A stretch of DNA of 64,000 bases from an uncultured Actinomycetes bacterium (GCA_963706025.1 CAVPLM010000005.1:384001-448000); one strand, 5' to 3'. Shown: positions 1 through 15,396, counted from the stretch's first letter. The notes: generated by a model not told the origin, from the letters alone. Made by a program: numbers and translations.

Positions 1-361
1 CCTTGACGAAAGAAGGACGCTGGGGGTTCTCGGCCTCATGGTGGTCGAAGACCACGACCTCCACTTCCGGCCGGCCGCAAAGGCGGCTCAAGTCACCTAT
101 TCGCTCGGGATCGGCCGTATCGACGATGATAAGTTGCCGGATCTTCTCTTGGTCGATAAGGCGCAGATTGAGTATGGGGAGGCTCTCGCCATGGAGGGAC
201 ACGAACTCGCGCACGTTCGGATTGAGAGACCCGGCGAAGACTATGCGGCCTTCCGGGTAGAGAAGCGCCGCCCCTACGGCAGCCGCCAAAGCGTCGAAAT
301 CGGCGTTCTGATGGGTCGTAATGACCGTCGAGACCTCGATGAGTGAAGGTGGGGCTGTCAT
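1..361 (-). CDS. DHH phosphoesterase domain protein, N-terminal part (likely DHH-CBS-tRNA nucleotidyltransferase); runs off left edge
   Basis: Hand translation from ATG at 361: MTAPPSLIEVSTVITTHQNADFDALAA...IIVDT...VVVFDHH, the DHH motifs I-III. Not in the ORF track because there is no stop in the window. TATACT -10 at 369-374. Confidence 0.8.
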   Translation of the reverse strand, partial: MTAPPSLIEVSTVITTHQNADFDALAAAVGAALLYPEGRIVFAGSLNPNVREFVSLHGESLPILNLRLIDQEKIRQLIIVDTADPERIGDLSRLCGRPEVEVVVFDHHEAENPQRPSFVK

Positions 362-502
362 GTCGGCTAGTATACCGCCGACCACTCTTGCGGCCTTAGA
401 TCACCCATATTGTCGAACTGTGCCTCCTCAGGGAGCTTCCGGTGGCGCATCGAGCTGGTTATGATGGATGCAGAGCCGATCGCCCGCGAAGGAGGACGCC
501 AA

Positions 503-946
503 GTGAGCGAGAAAGTCCATTTCTATGCCGAGTACTGGGGCGGTAAAAAGCTGGCCTACCCCAACGTGCCTGCCGAGTCACCCAAGTTCGCCCGTTCGGT
601 GGTGGCCGGCAATCTGATCTTCGTTTCCGGCTGCCAGGGGCAGAATGACGAGACCGTGCAGCTCGAGACCGACGTCTTCGAAGAGCAGATGATCATCGCC
701 CTGGACAAGGTCAGGCATGCGATGGAGGAAGCCGGCTCGTCCATGAACAACGTCATCAAGACGTTGATGTTGTTGAAGAACCTGGAGGACTACCCGCGTA
801 TGCGTAAGACGGAGCTGGAGTACTACCAGAAGTACGCCCCCCTTCTGGTCGAGGATCCCCCAGCGAGCACCTTCATGAAGGTCGATCTGGCCAAACCTGG
901 CTTTCTGGTCGAGATCGACGTCATCGGCGTCGTCTCCAGGGAGTAA
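503..946 (+). CDS. RidA/YjgF family protein
   Basis: GNLIFVSG, PPAST and LVEIDVIG motifs; GGAGG at 491-495 before GTG 503. Confidence 0.85.
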   Translation: MSEKVHFYAEYWGGKKLAYPNVPAESPKFARSVVAGNLIFVSGCQGQNDETVQLETDVFEEQMIIALDKVRHAMEEAGSSMNNVIKTLMLLKNLEDYPRMRKTELEYYQKYAPLLVEDPPASTFMKVDLAKPGFLVEIDVIGVVSRE

Positions 947-990
947 GCAGGCCGCCGGCGCTGGGCAGCGAGCCACGCAGGGGCGGCCCC

Positions 991-3048
<2,058 letters not shown>

Positions 3049-3054
3049 GAAGCT

Positions 3055-3960
3055 CTAGTCCATTCTCGCTCGGGGGTGGGCGTCTCGATAGACCCTCTGC
3101 AGATGGGCGGTGGTGACGTGCGTGTAGATCTGTGTGGTGGAAAGATCGGCGTGCCCCAACATCTCCTGGACCGCGCGCAGGTCTGCTCCTCCTTCGAGCA
3201 GATGGGTGGCGAAAGAATGGCGCAGCGTGTGGGCCGAGACGTCATCCGGGAGTCCGGTCTCGCGGGCGTAGCGCTTGATGATCAGATGCAGTCCTTGTCG
3301 GGACAGCCGTCGTCCGCGATTGTTGAGGAAGAGCTCAGGAGCCTTCAACATGCCGGCCTTGCCGAGGAAGGGCCTCCCCCGCTCTTGATAGAGGCGCAAA
3401 GCCTCGATGGCCTTGCGACCCAGCGGCACAACCCGTTCCTTATCGCCTTTTCCCATAGTGCGTACGAACCCTACATCCAGATCGAAGTCCTGCAGACGAA
3501 GGGCCAGCGTCTCTGAAGCCCTCAGGCCTGCCCCGTAGAGGGTCTCGAGCAAGGCACGGTCGCGGAGGCCGCGCGGCGTAGGCTTCGGAGCGGCGAGTAG
3601 GCGCGCTACCTGGTCGATCGTGAGGCAGCGCGGCAGATCGGACTCCAGGCGGGGACTGGATAGGGTTCGGGTGGGATCGGAATGAGCAATACCGGCCAGA
3701 AGGCGTTCTCGATAGAAGGAGCGGATGGCGGCAGCCTTTCGGGCCCGGGTCGAGGGGCGCCACTGTCCCGCGGCAAGGAAGTCGCGGATATCGTCGACGG
3801 CAGCGTCTTCGAGACGGCTCCCTCGCTCGTGCAGGAACGCGGCGAATTGCACCAGATCGCGCCGGTAAGACTCCACCGTGCGCTCGGCCAACCCTTTTTC
3901 CAAACGAAGGGCACGCAGGTGAAGGGAGAGAGATGAGTCCGTTTCGGGCGGGAGCGCCAT
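3055..3960 (-). CDS. xerD: Site-specific tyrosine recombinase XerD
   Basis: GLRASE, GKGDKER, HTLRHSFATHLL.GGADLR.VQEMLGH.D.STTQIY; position between nudF and deoB is the conserved ripX/xerD context. Confidence 0.92.
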   Translation of the reverse strand: MALPPETDSSLSLHLRALRLEKGLAERTVESYRRDLVQFAAFLHERGSRLEDAAVDDIRDFLAAGQWRPSTRARKAAAIRSFYRERLLAGIAHSDPTRTLSSPRLESDLPRCLTIDQVARLLAAPKPTPRGLRDRALLETLYGAGLRASETLALRLQDFDLDVGFVRTMGKGDKERVVPLGRKAIEALRLYQERGRPFLGKAGMLKAPELFLNNRGRRLSRQGLHLIIKRYARETGLPDDVSAHTLRHSFATHLLEGGADLRAVQEMLGHADLSTTQIYTHVTTAHLQRVYRDAHPRARMD

Positions 3961-3982
3961 GAAAAAGAGGCCTCGGCCGGGG

Positions 3983-5107
3983 CTACATGTACTCTATGGG
4001 CAGCAAGTACTCAAGGGGGAAATACGGGTTTCCTGTGGCCTCGGCGACCTCACGGATGGTGACCTTTCCCTCCATCACGTTGACTCCGCGGGCCAGGCAG
4101 GCGTCGAAACGTGCGGCGCCCACCGCGCCCCTATCGGCGATGGTCAAGATGTAGGGAAGTGTGGCGTTGGTGAGGGCCAGGGTGGAAGTGATGGGCACGA
4201 CCCCGGCCATGTTGTCTACGCAGCAGTGGATGCAGCCGTGCTTGACGAAGGTCGGATCCCGGTGGGTCGTCACCCGGGAGGTGGCCACGCACCCGCCCTG
4301 GTCGATGCTGAGGTCGACGATGACCGACCCCGGCTGCATGGCAGCGACCAGTGACTCTGACACCAGGACCGGCGTCCTCGCTCCTGGGATGAGGACCGCT
4401 CCGATGACGACGTCTGCCTTCCTCACCTCTTCATCGATAGTGAGTTGATTGCTGTGCAACGTATCGACGCTGGACAACTGACGCTTCACCGCCGCCAAGG
4501 CATCGAGGTCGATATCCAGGACCTTGGTGTGGGCGCCCATCCCGGAGGCGATACAGGCCGCATTGGTGCCGGCGATGCCCGCCCCCAGGATCACCACGTT
4601 CGCAGGCTTGACACCGGTCGCCCCCCCGAGAAGCTTGCCTTTGCCTCCACTCATGCGCTCCAAGAAATAGGCCCCCACCTGCGGAGCGAGCCGACCGGCT
4701 ATCTCGCTCATGGGAGCGAGCAGCGGTCGGCGTCCGTCCGCCGTCTCGACCGTCTCGTACGCGAAGCAGGTGGCCCCACTCTCCACGAGGCCCTTGGTGA
4801 GGACCGGGTCGGGCGCCAAGTGCAAGAACGTGAAGAGGATATGGCGAGGCTCGAGTCGCTCGTACTCCTCCCGCAGCGGCTCCTTGACTTTGACGATAAG
4901 GTCGGCCTGAGCGAAGACCGAGGCTACATCGGGTGCGATCCGAGCGCCGGCCGCTACGTAGCTGTCGTCGGCAAAGAAGGATCCCTCTCCTGCTCCGTGC
5001 TGCACGATCACGTTGTGGCCGCGGCTGGCCAGTTCTTTTGTGCCCGCGGGCGTCAGGGCCACGCGGTACTCCGCTTCTTTGATCTCTGTGGGTACGCCGA
5101 CTTTCAT
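3983..5107 (-). CDS. ald: Alanine dehydrogenase
   Basis: MKVGVPTEIK..EYRVALTP, VKVKEP, LFTFLHLA, PLLAPMSEIAGR, DQGGC. Confidence 0.93.
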   Translation of the reverse strand: MKVGVPTEIKEAEYRVALTPAGTKELASRGHNVIVQHGAGEGSFFADDSYVAAGARIAPDVASVFAQADLIVKVKEPLREEYERLEPRHILFTFLHLAPDPVLTKGLVESGATCFAYETVETADGRRPLLAPMSEIAGRLAPQVGAYFLERMSGGKGKLLGGATGVKPANVVILGAGIAGTNAACIASGMGAHTKVLDIDLDALAAVKRQLSSVDTLHSNQLTIDEEVRKADVVIGAVLIPGARTPVLVSESLVAAMQPGSVIVDLSIDQGGCVATSRVTTHRDPTFVKHGCIHCCVDNMAGVVPITSTLALTNATLPYILTIADRGAVGAARFDACLARGVNVMEGKVTIREVAEATGNPYFPLEYLLPIEYM

Positions 5108-5138
5108 CTTCCGTATCTTTCAGGTCGCATCCTGGGCC

Positions 5139-5697
5139 TCACCTCAGAAGAGCCCTCTCCAGAAGGATGAGGGTCGCCAGAGTCTTGGCGTCGGCGATCT
5201 CGTCAAGGTGCTCCAGCAGTCCCGCCAATGGGTAACGTATCACGGAGATCACCTCGTCGTCATCGGGATCGGGGGGCACCACAGTGAGGTCTTGAGCAAG
5301 GAACGGATACAAGCTTTCGTTGACAAAGCCGGGGGAAGAGAAGAAGGACTGGAGAGGAGTCCATCGACGCGCCTCCAGCCCCACTTCCTCACGCAATTCC
5401 CGCTTGGCGGCTGTGAGAGGCTCCTCACCCGGCTCGAGGGTGCCGGCGGGGAGTTCAAGAAGATCTCGGCCGATCGGGTGCCGATACTGGTCGACCAGGA
5501 AGACCTGATTCTGGTCATCGACCGCGGCGACGACGACCGCCCCGGGGTGCTCGACGACCTCGCGAAGTGCAGTACCGCCCCCGGGCAGAGTGATCTCATC
5601 CACCCGCACGCTGATGATCCTACCCGCGTATATAGTCCGCGACGAAACCACTTGGGGCGGGGGCTCGGCCGCTTCCCTGAGGATAAAGTCCGTCGGC

Positions 5698-5705
<8 letters not shown>
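5139..5705 (-). CDS. NUDIX hydrolase (ADP-ribose pyrophosphatase, NudF-like)
   Basis: Nudix box ELPAG.LEPGE....AAKRELREEVG, REVVEHPGAV, SPG, DAKT. Confidence 0.88.
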
Positions 5706-8591
<2,886 letters not shown>

Positions 8592-10295
8592 CTAGTCTAT
8601 CAGTCCGCCTGCCGCGCTGTCTCGCAGCTCGCGGGCGTGAGCCATGGCCTCGGCATCGTCCGGACTGCCGCCCATCATGCGGCATAGTTCCTCCACGATC
8701 CCCTCGCCGACGAGCTGCGACAGCCGGGCTACGGTGACCCCCGGAGCGCTGACCTTATCGATGAGGTAGTGTCGGGTGGCCAGGGCAGCCACCGGAGCTA
8801 GGTGCGTCACCAGTATGAGCTGTGAGCGGCCGGCGAGTTCGCGCAGCTTTCGTCCCACAGCCACGGCAGTCCGGCCTCCGATGCCCGCGTCGATCTCATC
8901 GAAGACCAGAGTCTCGTGCCCCCCCGCGTCCGCCAAGGCACACTTGATGGCGAGCAGCACGCGTGAAAGCTCGCCCCCGGACGCGGTGCGGGCGAGGCTT
9001 CGCGGCACCTGTCCGGGGTTGGCAGCAAGCATGAACTCTACTGATTCGGCGCCTGTCTCGCGCAGTCCCTCCCACCCGGAGCGCTGATGGAACTCGACGT
9101 TTGCGACGGCCTCTACCATACTCAGGTCCGCCAGCTGGACGCCGATGGCCTGCTCCAGAAGGGGCGCCGCTTTGCGTCGCCGCTCACTGAGAGCCAGGGC
9201 GAGTTCGAGGGCGCGCGCAGCCTGCGCGGCGCGCGCCGCCTCCAGCCGGGCTAGGTCTTCCTCCGAATCCTCAAGGGCGGCCAGACGTTCGGCCGAGGAA
9301 TGACCATAAGCCACCGCGGTCTCGGTAGTACCCCCGTACTTCCGGGCCAAGTCGGTGTAGAGTCGCAGCCGCTCGTCGACTTCTTGAAGCCGTAGCGGAT
9401 CGACTGAGACGCGTTCCAGGTGACTCCGCAGTTCCCGGGACAGGTCGACGATCTGATACTGGAGGTCGATGAGAGCGGAGGATACTGCGTCCACACTCTC
9501 GTCGACGCCGTGGAGCCCGGAGAGGTGAGCGGCTGCCTGAACTACCAAGCTACCGGCATCGGGCCGGTCGTCCTCGCTGTTCAGAAGATCGGCCGCCGCG
9601 CCGGCATTACGCAGGATATCCTCCGCGCGCGCCAGCATTCTCTGCTCTGCCTGCAGCGCACGTTCCTCGTCGAGCGACAGCCGGGCCTCGGCAAGTTCGG
9701 CCACCTGGAACCGCAGCAGTTCGATCTCGCGCGTCCGCGCTTCCCGGATACTGCGAGCGGTCTCGAGCCGGCGGATGGTCTCTGACGCCTCCTCATATGC
9801 GGATCGAAACCGAGCGGCCAGCTGCACGAGGTCCTCTCCTGCCCACCGGTCGAGGACGGCGAGCTGATAGCTTGGATCGAGTAGCCTACGGTATTCGTGC
9901 TGTCCGGCGAACGAAAGGAGACTCCCCACCACCTCTCCCAGAGTGACCAGGGTGACCGCAGTGTCATTGACGTAGCAACGGTTACGGCCTTGCTTGCTCA
10001 GGCGTCGGGTGACGATTATCTGGTCTTGCCCTGCTCCGATCAACGCCGCGATGTCCTCCGAGATCTCAGCGACCTCGGTTTCGTCAAGTTCGAAGATCGC
10101 CTGGATAAGGGCTTCCTCCGCGGCTTGGCCGACCAGGCCCTCCTCGGCTCTCTCCCCCGCCAGAAGACCCAGCGCCCGGGTGAGCAGGGTCTTTCCGGCC
10201 CCGGTCTCGCCGGTCAGAACGGTGAGGCCCGGACCGAAATCCAGCACGGCGTCCTCGATGAGCACGAAGTTGCGGATGGTGAGGGAGGACAGCAT
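8592..10295 (-). CDS. recN: DNA repair protein RecN
   Basis: TGETGAGKT Walker A, ASGGELSR signature, VFDEID Walker B, THL; coiled-coil middle. Confidence 0.95.
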   Translation of the reverse strand: MLSSLTIRNFVLIEDAVLDFGPGLTVLTGETGAGKTLLTRALGLLAGERAEEGLVGQAAEEALIQAIFELDETEVAEISEDIAALIGAGQDQIIVTRRLSKQGRNRCYVNDTAVTLVTLGEVVGSLLSFAGQHEYRRLLDPSYQLAVLDRWAGEDLVQLAARFRSAYEEASETIRRLETARSIREARTREIELLRFQVAELAEARLSLDEERALQAEQRMLARAEDILRNAGAAADLLNSEDDRPDAGSLVVQAAAHLSGLHGVDESVDAVSSALIDLQYQIVDLSRELRSHLERVSVDPLRLQEVDERLRLYTDLARKYGGTTETAVAYGHSSAERLAALEDSEEDLARLEAARAAQAARALELALALSERRRKAAPLLEQAIGVQLADLSMVEAVANVEFHQRSGWEGLRETGAESVEFMLAANPGQVPRSLARTASGGELSRVLLAIKCALADAGGHETLVFDEIDAGIGGRTAVAVGRKLRELAGRSQLILVTHLAPVAALATRHYLIDKVSAPGVTVARLSQLVGEGIVEELCRMMGGSPDDAEAMAHARELRDSAAGGLID

Positions 10296-10313
10296 GGGAT
10301 CCTGCCCTACAGT

Positions 10314-11174
10314 CTAGAGCAGACGGTCGCGGAAATGGCGGTAGAGACTGTCTCCCTCCAAGAGGGCGAGCGACGTCATGGCCGGGCTGGTCTTCACCCT
10401 AAGGGTGTTCCCAGGCCCTAGAACGGCCAGTCGCTCACCATCGGCGTCGATATGACAGTCGGCATCCTCGTCGGTGTTGATGACCTCCAGGATGTCCCGG
10501 GGCGCGGCTACCACGGGACGCACTCCGACGGCATGCGGCGCCACCAGGCTTATCACATAGGCCTCCACGGATATCCCCAGGAGCGGTCCGCCCGCAGCCA
10601 GACTGTAGGCGGAGGATCCCGCTGGAGTCCCTACCACCACTCCATCGCACAGGACTTCGAACAAAGTGACACCATTGATCGTCAAGGCCAGCGAGCAAGG
10701 ACGCGAGCGAGCGCCCTTGCTGACCACAAAATCGTTCGTGGCTTTGAAGACCTGAGGGCCGAGTTCCGCCTCCAACCCAAGGATCGGATACTCGACGAAG
10801 TCGCCGTCGAGTAGGCGCCCTAGGCCTCGTTCAAGGTCGTCCTTCGGGATGGTGGTCAGGAATCCTACCCGTCCCAGATTGACGCCGGCCACTGGAATGC
10901 GGTGATCGCGGGTCAGATGGAACCCGCGCAGCATCGTCCCGTCTCCGCCCAGTACCAGGCAGAGATCCACCCCTTCGATCCCCTCCCCGTCCTGGGCGAG
11001 GATGGCCGCGCCGGCCTGGGTTAGCAGTCCGCCGTGTTTGTCCCATTCGGCGGGGGGAGCCAGCACCTCGATGGCACGATCAGCAAGCAGGTCGAGGGAC
11101 TCTTGCAGCGCCTGCCTGGTCACAGAGGGATCCCAATGCGTACAAATGACTACACGTTTGATCGTAGGGTTCAC
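10314..11174 (-). CDS. nadK: NAD kinase
   Basis: LGGDGT, GVNLGRVGFL, DG..VGTPAGSSAYSLAAGGP; tlyA-nadK-recN synteny. Confidence 0.92.
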   Translation of the reverse strand: MNPTIKRVVICTHWDPSVTRQALQESLDLLADRAIEVLAPPAEWDKHGGLLTQAGAAILAQDGEGIEGVDLCLVLGGDGTMLRGFHLTRDHRIPVAGVNLGRVGFLTTIPKDDLERGLGRLLDGDFVEYPILGLEAELGPQVFKATNDFVVSKGARSRPCSLALTINGVTLFEVLCDGVVVGTPAGSSAYSLAAGGPLLGISVEAYVISLVAPHAVGVRPVVAAPRDILEVINTDEDADCHIDADGERLAVLGPGNTLRVKTSPAMTSLALLEGDSLYRHFRDRLL

Positions 11175-12004
11175 GCGCCTGTCGCCACCTCACCTGTGCC
11201 GTTGTGGGCAAGAAGCTCGTCCACCAGTCGTTCCAGCGTATCAAGTCCCACCCCTTCTTCTCCACCCCGTCCCAGATGGAAGAAGAACTCGACGTTCCCA
11301 TCGGCTCCTGCGAGAGCGGAACGGCAAATGCCTAGTAAGTGTGCATCGAGATCGGCGACGACGAACAGGGCCCGCTCGAGCAGGACTTCACGGTGAACGG
11401 CCGGATCGCGGACGATCCCGCCACTACCCACCAGATCCGGTCCAGCCTCGAACTGAGGCTTGACCAGAACAAGGCCGCTGAAGACCGGGGCCATGCAGGA
11501 GACGACGGCCGGAAGTACCTTGGTCACCGAAATGAAGGACACATCCATCGTCAGCATGTCCGGCGGGTAGGGCAGCTGGTCTGGACTGAGGTAGCGGGCA
11601 TTGACACCGTCCAAAGGATAGACTCGCGGATCGTTGCGGAGGCGCCCGTGCAGTTGCCCCCTGCCCACATCCAGGGCGATGACTCGTCCGGAGCCGGATC
11701 GCAGCAGGCAGTCGACGAACCCGCCCGTCGATGCCCCGACATCGAGGGCAGAGGTGCCTTCGATGTCCAATCCGAACAGACCTAGGGCGTGATCCAGCTT
11801 CTCCCCTCCCCGGGAGACGAAACGGGGCCTTGCCTTGAGCTGGACATCCACGTCAACGGGCACGAGGGTGCCCGCCTTGTCACTGGTCTCCCCTCCGACC
11901 AGGACCATTCCCGCCATGATCAGCCCGCGCGCCGCGCTTCGGCTTGGCACGAGTCCCCTGGCCAGCACAAGCTCATCCAGGCGCACACGCGCTGCTCGGG
12001 GCAC
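11171..12004 (-). CDS. tlyA: TlyA family rRNA methyltransferase
   Basis: S4 domain RLD..., VSRGG.KL, LDVGASTGGF, DVSFIS, LVKPQFE, GNVEF. Confidence 0.93.
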   Translation of the reverse strand: MPRAARVRLDELVLARGLVPSRSAARGLIMAGMVLVGGETSDKAGTLVPVDVDVQLKARPRFVSRGGEKLDHALGLFGLDIEGTSALDVGASTGGFVDCLLRSGSGRVIALDVGRGQLHGRLRNDPRVYPLDGVNARYLSPDQLPYPPDMLTMDVSFISVTKVLPAVVSCMAPVFSGLVLVKPQFEAGPDLVGSGGIVRDPAVHREVLLERALFVVADLDAHLLGICRSALAGADGNVEFFFHLGRGGEEGVGLDTLERLVDELLAHNGTGEVATGA

Positions 12005-12010
12005 GTCGAG

Positions 12011-13963
12011 TCATCCCTCGGGGATGGGTGAGGATCCGACCAGTCGAATAGCGGCTGCTGCTATGGACTCAACATCCAGGCCGACGTCGCGCTGCAGGAG
12101 CTTGAGCGGGCCATGGCCCACGAAGGCGTCAGGAAGACCTAGACGCTGGACCGGCCGGCAGATGGCGCGCTCTGCCATCAACTCTAAGACGGCGGAGCCG
12201 AAGCCCCCGGCGAGGACGTTGTCTTCCAGCGTCAGCACGGCCGGATGCGCAACCAACAAGTCGCACAAGGGCTCGTCATCGAGAGGATGGATCCTCCTTA
12301 CGTTGGCGACCGAAGCGCTGACGCCTTCTTCAGACAGGTGCTCCGCTGCCTCCACGGCGGCCTGGAGCTGGGGCCCCGCTCCCAGGATCAACAAGTCGGG
12401 GCCCTGGCGGAGGACTTCGACCCAGGGTCCCTCCAGGGGAAGGATGGGCCGGGAGAGCGGTACCCCCAACCCGGCCGAGCGCGGATAGCGGATCATGGCC
12501 GGTCCCTCAAGACGGAGGGCGGTGGCCAGAAGTCGCTGTAATTCAGCTTCGTCTTTGGGGACGAACACAGTAAGACCCGGGATGATCCGAGAGAAGGAGA
12601 GATCGAAGGCGCCATGGTGTGTAGGACCGTCCTGTCCAACCAAGCCGGCTCGATCGACGGCGAAGACCACGGGGAGCTCCTGCAGGCATACGTCGTGGAT
12701 GATCTGATCGTACGCCCTCTGTAGGAAGGTGGAATAGATGGCCACCACGGGACGCTTCCCCGCGGCAGCAAGCCCAGCGGCGAAGCCGACGGCGTGAGCC
12801 TCGGCTATCCCGACGTCGAAGAAGCGTTCGGGCATCGCCTCTTTGAGCAGGTCGAGGCCGGTCCCGGTCGCCATAGCTGCGGTTATGCCGAGCACGCGGT
12901 CGTCCGCCCGCGCCAACTCCACCATCGCCTCGCCGAAGGCCCGAGTAAACGTCGTGGGGCCCTCTGGGTCGAGATTCTCGCCTGTGGGGACCGAGAATCG
13001 TGGAGTGCCATGGTACCGGCCGGGTTGCCTCTCGGCCGGAGGGTACCCTTTGCCTTTGACGGTCCGACAGTGGAGCAAGACGGGGCCGTTCACCGCGAGC
13101 GACCGCTTGATGCTCGCTCGGATAGCCTCGATATCGTGTCCATCGATGACACCCAGATAGGTGAAGCCAAGTTCTTCGAACAGCATGCCCGGCACCAATG
13201 CTGCCTTGATACCGTCCTTCAACTGCTCGCCTATCGCCGCGACCCGGTCTCCTACTCCCGGTAGCCTCTGGAGCCTCCTCTCCAGATCACGGCGAAAGCG
13301 ATACAGCTTGGGATCAGTCCGCAGTCGGGAAAGATAGGAGCTGAGGGCGCCCACGTTGCGCTCGATGGACATGGCGTTGTCGTTGAGGATGACCAGGACG
13401 GGCGTGCCCAGATGCCCGGCGTGGTTCAGGGCTTCAAAGGCCATCCCCCCTGTCAGGGCTCCGTCGCCTATGACCGCGACCACCCGTCCCGGGGTCGGGT
13501 CAGGTGCTTCGAAGGCTCCCTCTTCCGGTCGGACCTCCACCGACAAGCCACCGCGGAGTCTGGCTTCCGCCATGCCGACGGCGGCACTGATGGAGCTGCT
13601 GCTGTGCCCGGTACCGTACGCGTCAAACGGGCTTTCGGTCCGACAAGGAAACCCGGAGAGTCCTCCATAGGTGCGGATCGAACGGAACTCGCGCAGTCTG
13701 CCGGTCAGCAGCTTGTGCGCATACGACTGATGCCCTACGTCCCAGATGATCGCGTCTCGTGGAGTCTGGAGTTCCGCGTGAAGGGCGATGGTCAGCTCGA
13801 CCACTCCCAGACTGGCACCCAGATGGCCCCCGTTGTGAGAGATAGTGGCGATGATCTCCTCGCGCACTTCGGAAGCGACGACCCGCAGGGCTGCGGGGTC
13901 CAGGGTCCGTAGGTCCGCGGGCAGGTCGAGCTGGTCGATGAGTCTAGCGTTATCTGCGGTCAT
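12011..13963 (-). CDS. dxs: 1-deoxy-D-xylulose-5-phosphate synthase
   Basis: GGHLGASLGVVELT, WDVGHQSY, GDGALTGG, LNDN, DVGIAE, DGPTHHG; ATG 13963 overlaps the nusB stop. Confidence 0.95.
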   Translation of the reverse strand: MTADNARLIDQLDLPADLRTLDPAALRVVASEVREEIIATISHNGGHLGASLGVVELTIALHAELQTPRDAIIWDVGHQSYAHKLLTGRLREFRSIRTYGGLSGFPCRTESPFDAYGTGHSSSSISAAVGMAEARLRGGLSVEVRPEEGAFEAPDPTPGRVVAVIGDGALTGGMAFEALNHAGHLGTPVLVILNDNAMSIERNVGALSSYLSRLRTDPKLYRFRRDLERRLQRLPGVGDRVAAIGEQLKDGIKAALVPGMLFEELGFTYLGVIDGHDIEAIRASIKRSLAVNGPVLLHCRTVKGKGYPPAERQPGRYHGTPRFSVPTGENLDPEGPTTFTRAFGEAMVELARADDRVLGITAAMATGTGLDLLKEAMPERFFDVGIAEAHAVGFAAGLAAAGKRPVVAIYSTFLQRAYDQIIHDVCLQELPVVFAVDRAGLVGQDGPTHHGAFDLSFSRIIPGLTVFVPKDEAELQRLLATALRLEGPAMIRYPRSAGLGVPLSRPILPLEGPWVEVLRQGPDLLILGAGPQLQAAVEAAEHLSEEGVSASVANVRRIHPLDDEPLCDLLVAHPAVLTLEDNVLAGGFGSAVLELMAERAICRPVQRLGLPDAFVGHGPLKLLQRDVGLDVESIAAAAIRLVGSSPIPEG

Positions 13964-14415
13964 GTCGTTCTTCTCGGGTCCGGCTCCCCAGGGCCGCGGA
14001 TCTCGCTGATGCGGTCCTTCTCCGAAACCGCCAAGGAGCCGAGCACGCCGTTCACAAGGGCGGCCGCCTCGTCGGAGCAGAAGCGCTTCGCCAATTCCAC
14101 CGCCTCGTTTATTGCCACTGCTTCCGGCACACCGGATTCCCACAGCAGTTCGTAGGTCGCCAGTCTCAGTATCGCCCGCTCCAGGGTGCCCAGACGCTCC
14201 AGGCTCCATCCGGCTACATGGGGCTGGAGGATAGCATCAATGGCAGTATGCTCCTCCGCCACGCCCAGGACCAGGCCACGCGCGTATGGATCGATATCGG
14301 CGCCGTCTCCACCTTCCAGGGCGGCCTGCCAGTCTCGTCCCAGTAGATCCTGCTGGTAGAGGATGAAGACGGTCTGACGTCGCGCACTTCTTCGCCCCGC
14401 GGACACGACGGACAA
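13960..14415 (-). CDS. nusB: Transcription antitermination factor NusB
   Basis: RRSARR, W..ERL...ERAILR, AINEAVELAKRF, VNGVL. Confidence 0.93.
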   Translation of the reverse strand: MSVVSAGRRSARRQTVFILYQQDLLGRDWQAALEGGDGADIDPYARGLVLGVAEEHTAIDAILQPHVAGWSLERLGTLERAILRLATYELLWESGVPEAVAINEAVELAKRFCSDEAAALVNGVLGSLAVSEKDRISEIRGPGEPDPRRTT

Positions 14416-14418
14416 CGA

Positions 14419-14721
14419 TCAGACGCCCGCCGGGAACACGCCGCTCCACACGACATCGACCCCGATAACGGCCAGACCGGTCATGTGGTCCAAAGCTGCG
14501 GCTATCTTCTGGCGCGTCCCGTCGGCCAACGAGGGTAGATTCTCGCCCAAGCGGGCATCCAGATGCACCGTCACACGGCACTCCTGACCATCTACCTCGA
14601 CCATGACCGGATGAGTCCTTACCAGCGGCAGGGGGGCGTGCACCCGCAGTCGCTCGTCATCCTCCAGTGATCCGCGGACGATAGCTTCGAGCACGGAAGT
14701 GGCTATCAAATACTCAGTCAT
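14419..14721 (-). CDS. Asp23/Gls24 family protein
   Basis: C-terminal MTGL.V..VDV.. pattern; conserved efp-asp23-nusB position. Confidence 0.7.
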   Translation of the reverse strand: MTEYLIATSVLEAIVRGSLEDDERLRVHAPLPLVRTHPVMVEVDGQECRVTVHLDARLGENLPSLADGTRQKIAAALDHMTGLAVIGVDVVWSGVFPAGV

Positions 14722-14741
14722 AACAATGCCTCGCGCGTTCT

Positions 14742-15299
14742 CTAGGCCCTGGTGACGTACTCTCGCGTGCGGGTATCGACCCGCACCACATCCCCGGGTT
14801 CGATAAAGAGAGGAACCTGGACGACTGCTCCGGTCTCGAGGACCGCCTCCTTGGACCCCCCCGACACCGTGTCGCCCCTGACTCCGGCGGCCGTCTCGGT
14901 GACCTTCAGGTCGACGAAAGTGGGAAGCTCCACATCAAAGGGGTCCCCGTCGATGTAGACCAGGTCGACCTGCATGTTCACTGTCATAAGGTCGAAACGA
15001 TCCGCAAGCGTGCTTTTGGGCACGGCCAGCTGCTCGAACGACGCTGAGTCCATGAACACTACCTGGTCGGAGTCTTCGTAGATGTAGGTCATCGGCCGGC
15101 TCTCGGTGCGTAGCTGGTCGAACTTCTGTTCCGGACGGAAGGTCCGGTCGATCAGAGCACCGGTGACTACATTGCGCAACTTCGTACGCACGAACGCCCC
15201 ACCTTTGCCCGGCTTGACATGTTGGTACTCGGCTATGCGGTAGATTTCGCCCTCGTACCTGACAGTCATGCCTACTTTGAATTGATTGGTTGAGATCAC
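14742..15299 (-). CDS. efp: Elongation factor P
   Basis: HVKPGKGGAFVRTK, GVRGDT, LETGA.VQVPLFI..GD.VRVDTR. Confidence 0.97.
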   Translation of the reverse strand: MISTNQFKVGMTVRYEGEIYRIAEYQHVKPGKGGAFVRTKLRNVVTGALIDRTFRPEQKFDQLRTESRPMTYIYEDSDQVVFMDSASFEQLAVPKSTLADRFDLMTVNMQVDLVYIDGDPFDVELPTFVDLKVTETAAGVRGDTVSGGSKEAVLETGAVVQVPLFIEPGDVVRVDTRTREYVTRA

Positions 15300-15396
15300 G
15301 AGCCCGGCCTCCAGCGACTGCTGCTTGTACTACTACCTTCCGAACGTGCCTTTTGCGCCGGTGCATTGTACACCACCGGGTGGCTTTGCACGCCGT

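Noticed and set aside
38-346. Plus-strand 102-aa ORF and the many long antisense ORFs across the window
   Set aside because: Shadows of real opposite-strand genes in high-GC DNA; no motifs or SD.
3055-3960. Tyrosine recombinase as a mobile-element integrase
   Set aside because: Housekeeping XerD motifs and context; no att sites.
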